A DNA stretch of 63,832 nt, filler included, from Reclinomonas americana ATCC 50394 (lineage: Eukaryota), in the NCBI GenBank assembly GCA_048213135.1. It is 6 parts of 3 records of this genome, joined end to end, with 100 filler letters (N's around TTAATTAATTAA, not from the genome) between each part and the next. Parts side by side here need not be neighbours in the genome. Positions count along the whole stretch, not along the records: positions 59,151 to 61,548 come from PS015574.1; positions 61,649 to 63,832 come from PS015574.1; 4 more parts are not named here. One strand, written 5' to 3'. Below are positions 61,487 through 63,832 of this stretch, piece after piece; within the stretch, counting starts at the first letter, position 1; every line of letters begins with the position of its first letter. The position numbers and the translations under genes were made by a program. The notes under the pieces are model-generated. The model was not told the DNA's origin. It did not search any database and saw nothing but the letters and a program-made list of their open reading frames with translations.

Positions 61487-61873
61487 GTTTGTTGTTGCTG
61501 CTGCTTCTCCTTTGCTGTGGTCGCCAACAACCCGTGTGCTGACGGTGANNNNNNNNNNNNNNNNNNNNNNNNNNNNNNNNNNNNNNNNNNNNTTAATTAA
61601 TTAANNNNNNNNNNNNNNNNNNNNNNNNNNNNNNNNNNNNNNNNNNNNTCTCTCGATGCCAGTGGTCTCCGCGGGCAGGTTCTCGTGCTGGTCGATGCCA
61701 TGTGATTTTGTAAATTTAGATGCAATCCACAACCACAGTAAGAGGAGGAATGAGTACACCATGCTGATACAATCATTCAAAAACATCGAGAAAAAACAAT
61801 CAGCACGGTGCTTGTTCTCTCTACACGCGAACGTGAGAGGCTTGTTGCGTAATAAAGAAGGCGGCTCGGTCGG

Positions 61874-63042
61874 TTAGCCGGCGGCGAGTCGCACAAGCGC
61901 CTCGTACACCATCAGCGCAATGCCAAACAGCGGCCCGATGATAAGCACACGAGGCGTGGCGCCGCGGAACAGACCCTTCATGCCCTCATCCTGGTACAGC
62001 TTGGCAGCCGTCGGCATAATGTGCAGCTTGACAGGCGAGTCCTGGATCTTGGTCTTGATGCAGTCGGCCGGTGTCGACAGGAAGGCGGCCACCATACCTA
62101 TGTCACGATAAGGAAAGGAGAAGGAAGCGTGTGAAATGGAGGGTGACGCACCGGCAGCCGTGCTGGCCGTCAGCGTCTTCAGCGGGCCGAGCGAGCCCGT
62201 CTCCTGGTACCACGTCTGCTTGCCTTTTGTGCATGAAGAGAGTGCGTGTGAGAGAGAGAGAGAGAGGGCGACACGCACACCGTGAGCCGCGCGCGCTCAC
62301 CCTTGGCATACATCGCAAAGTACATGATCGAGAATGGCACATCACGCAGCAGCGTGGCGCTCGTGCCACGATAAACGCCGGCCAGTCCGCCCACCGTCTT
62401 GTAGATGTCCGCCAGTCCCTTACCGCCGGACTGCCCACCGATCTTGAAGAGCTCCATCGGCGTGGTGACAATCACCTGGCACATGCCGGCGAAACCACCA
62501 GCAAACATCTCCTGCGCAATCTTGCCGGGCGTGGTGTCGTTGCAGCCGAGTCTGCGCCTTGTCACATCGTTGACGGTGATCTTCAGCGCCTTCTCCGGGC
62601 TGGCGCGCGAGTCAGTGCACGGGGAAGAGCAAGAGAATGGGGGGAAAGAGAGACGCAACATGATACCAATGAGGTTGGCGGGCAGACCGCGATACAATCG
62701 CAGGTAGCCCTCGCGCGGCACAATGTCGCGCAGAGCGGCTCCAATGGTGCCATACACGCCCTTCTGGATCAGAGTCTTGCACGTGTCCAGTGGGAACATG
62801 CAGCTGGCGCCTGGAACAAACAAACAACAACAATGATGATTACAATGAAACGGAATCCGTGAATCACATGCATGTGCGTGTGAGTAAGAGAGAGTGTATT
62901 GTGTGAGAGTGTATATGTGTGTGTACCACGCACCGACCATGCCAGAGAAGCCAGAGAAGAGCAGCTTGGTGCCGAAACTCAGCTTGGCGAGGCGCGCCTG
63001 GCGCTCTTCCTCGGCCTTGGCCGCAGCAATGCCTGGGCTCAT
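61874..63042 (-). CDS. Mitochondrial carrier (glutamate or aspartate-glutamate carrier-like, SLC25A22 type)
   Basis: Three PxDxxK-type motifs (FPLDTCKT, TPMELFKI, TPADCIKT), plus PEKALKITVND, ATLLRDVPFS and PLFGIALMVYE. Confidence 0.88.
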
Positions 63043-63347
63043 CTGTGTGAGAGAGAGGGAAGGAGAGCAGGTGAGTTGTGGTGTGTTGCACAGCTGTTGT
63101 CTGTGCGCGCACACACACCGCAAAAACTTTTGTGTTCGCTCACAACTCCGTCTCATTCAATGGACGCCGTTTCCGTCCACGCCACGACCTGCTTCCTTCT
63201 CTTTCGGCAGACAAAGGGATGCCTTTTTGCTTGCGGTTGTTTTTATAATGTACGACACGAGACGAGAGAAAAGAGGAGAGGGAGAGGAGGGGGGAAAATG
63301 ACACAACAAAATAATGTAGAGTTGCACGATCGATGCACAGGCAGCGG

Positions 63348-63786
63348 TTACTTGGACACGTTGGCCAGGCCCTCCAGTTGCGCCTTGAGCTGCTGGTTCT
63401 GCTTGCGCAAGAACGTCATTTCATCCTGCAGAGCGGAGGTGAGCACACAACGATCAGCCGCTGACTGTGGTTGGCGGCGCAAACCTGATGCGTCTTCTCA
63501 TCGAGTGCCCTCCGCTCGGCCTCCTTCTTGGCATTGGCCTCGATACGAGCCTTGAGTTCCTGCACCTGTCGCGACAGCTCCTCCTTCTCGCTCTCCAGAT
63601 GCAACACTCGCCTCTCCAGCTCGCCCTTGCCCTGCTCCGCCTGCAACGCCTTGCGCATACCAAACGCAATGGCGCTCTCATACAGCGTCCGGTACGCCGC
63701 CACCGTCATTCGCATCTCATCGCGCACACGCAGCAGCAACAGTCCACGCTCCGCGCACGTAATCGTCACTTGTCGAATCAACTCGT
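63348..63786 (-). CDS. DNALI1: Axonemal inner-arm dynein light chain p28, 3' part
   Basis: DELIRQVTITCAERGLLLLRVRDEMRMTVAAYRTLYESAIAFGMRKALQAEQGK..FLRKQNQQLKAQLE. Confidence 0.95.
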
Positions 63787-63832
63787 CTGAACACAAAGAG
63801 GCAAATGTGAGCTACAAACAGAAAGGATAAGA

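Noticed and set aside
23380..61604. Five identical TTAATTAATTAA palindromes as a biological repeat or transposon target site
   Set aside because: Each is centred in N padding and encodes stops in six frames, so it is an assembly linker. Gene adjacency across these points is not reliable.
1..63832. Alternative genetic code or stop-codon readthrough
   Set aside because: In-frame stops fall inside recognisable GT-AG introns, and conserved genes end at TAA, TAG or TGA as normal.
1..63832. CRISPR arrays, tRNA/rRNA/snRNA genes, transposons or viral insertions
   Set aside because: No repeat-spacer array, recognisable RNA gene, transposase, reverse transcriptase or capsid motif was seen by eye. Small ncRNAs in the spacers at 7800-8370, 51620-52060 and 59510-60050 cannot be excluded without Infernal.

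Overview
Gene-dense, GC-rich, intron-rich eukaryotic DNA from a flagellated protist (centrin and axonemal dynein light chain p28 are present; the taxon cannot be determined by eye). It is a draft assembly with N-gaps and five artificial TTAATTAATTAA linkers. About 18 protein genes were reconstructed by hand through short (mostly 60-75 nt) GT-AG introns: two paralogous tandem La-motif-like + CCR4/Angel-type EEP nuclease genes flanking a PARP-like ADP-ribosyltransferase, an OPA-family MFS transporter, Rab7, transportin-1, Rab32/38, a MAP2K-like kinase (plus an inverted near-identical copy), a MOSPD-like protein, RRP42, a beta-propeller lactonase, a 14.5 kb IP3 receptor, a GAPVD1-like VPS9 protein, centrin, a JmjC protein, an ependymin-related protein, Tim17, TRAPPC2L, an SH3 protein, a mitochondrial carrier and DNALI1. 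Two observations stand out. (1) About 30 introns start with GTTGCG, the local GTGCG consensus shifted by one base, and every one checked follows a non-G exon end, suggesting an abundant shifted-register 5' splice-site class. (2) The multi-La-motif + EEP nuclease architecture is duplicated around a PARP-like gene. All gene models and family calls come from manual reading and motif recall, not from database searches.
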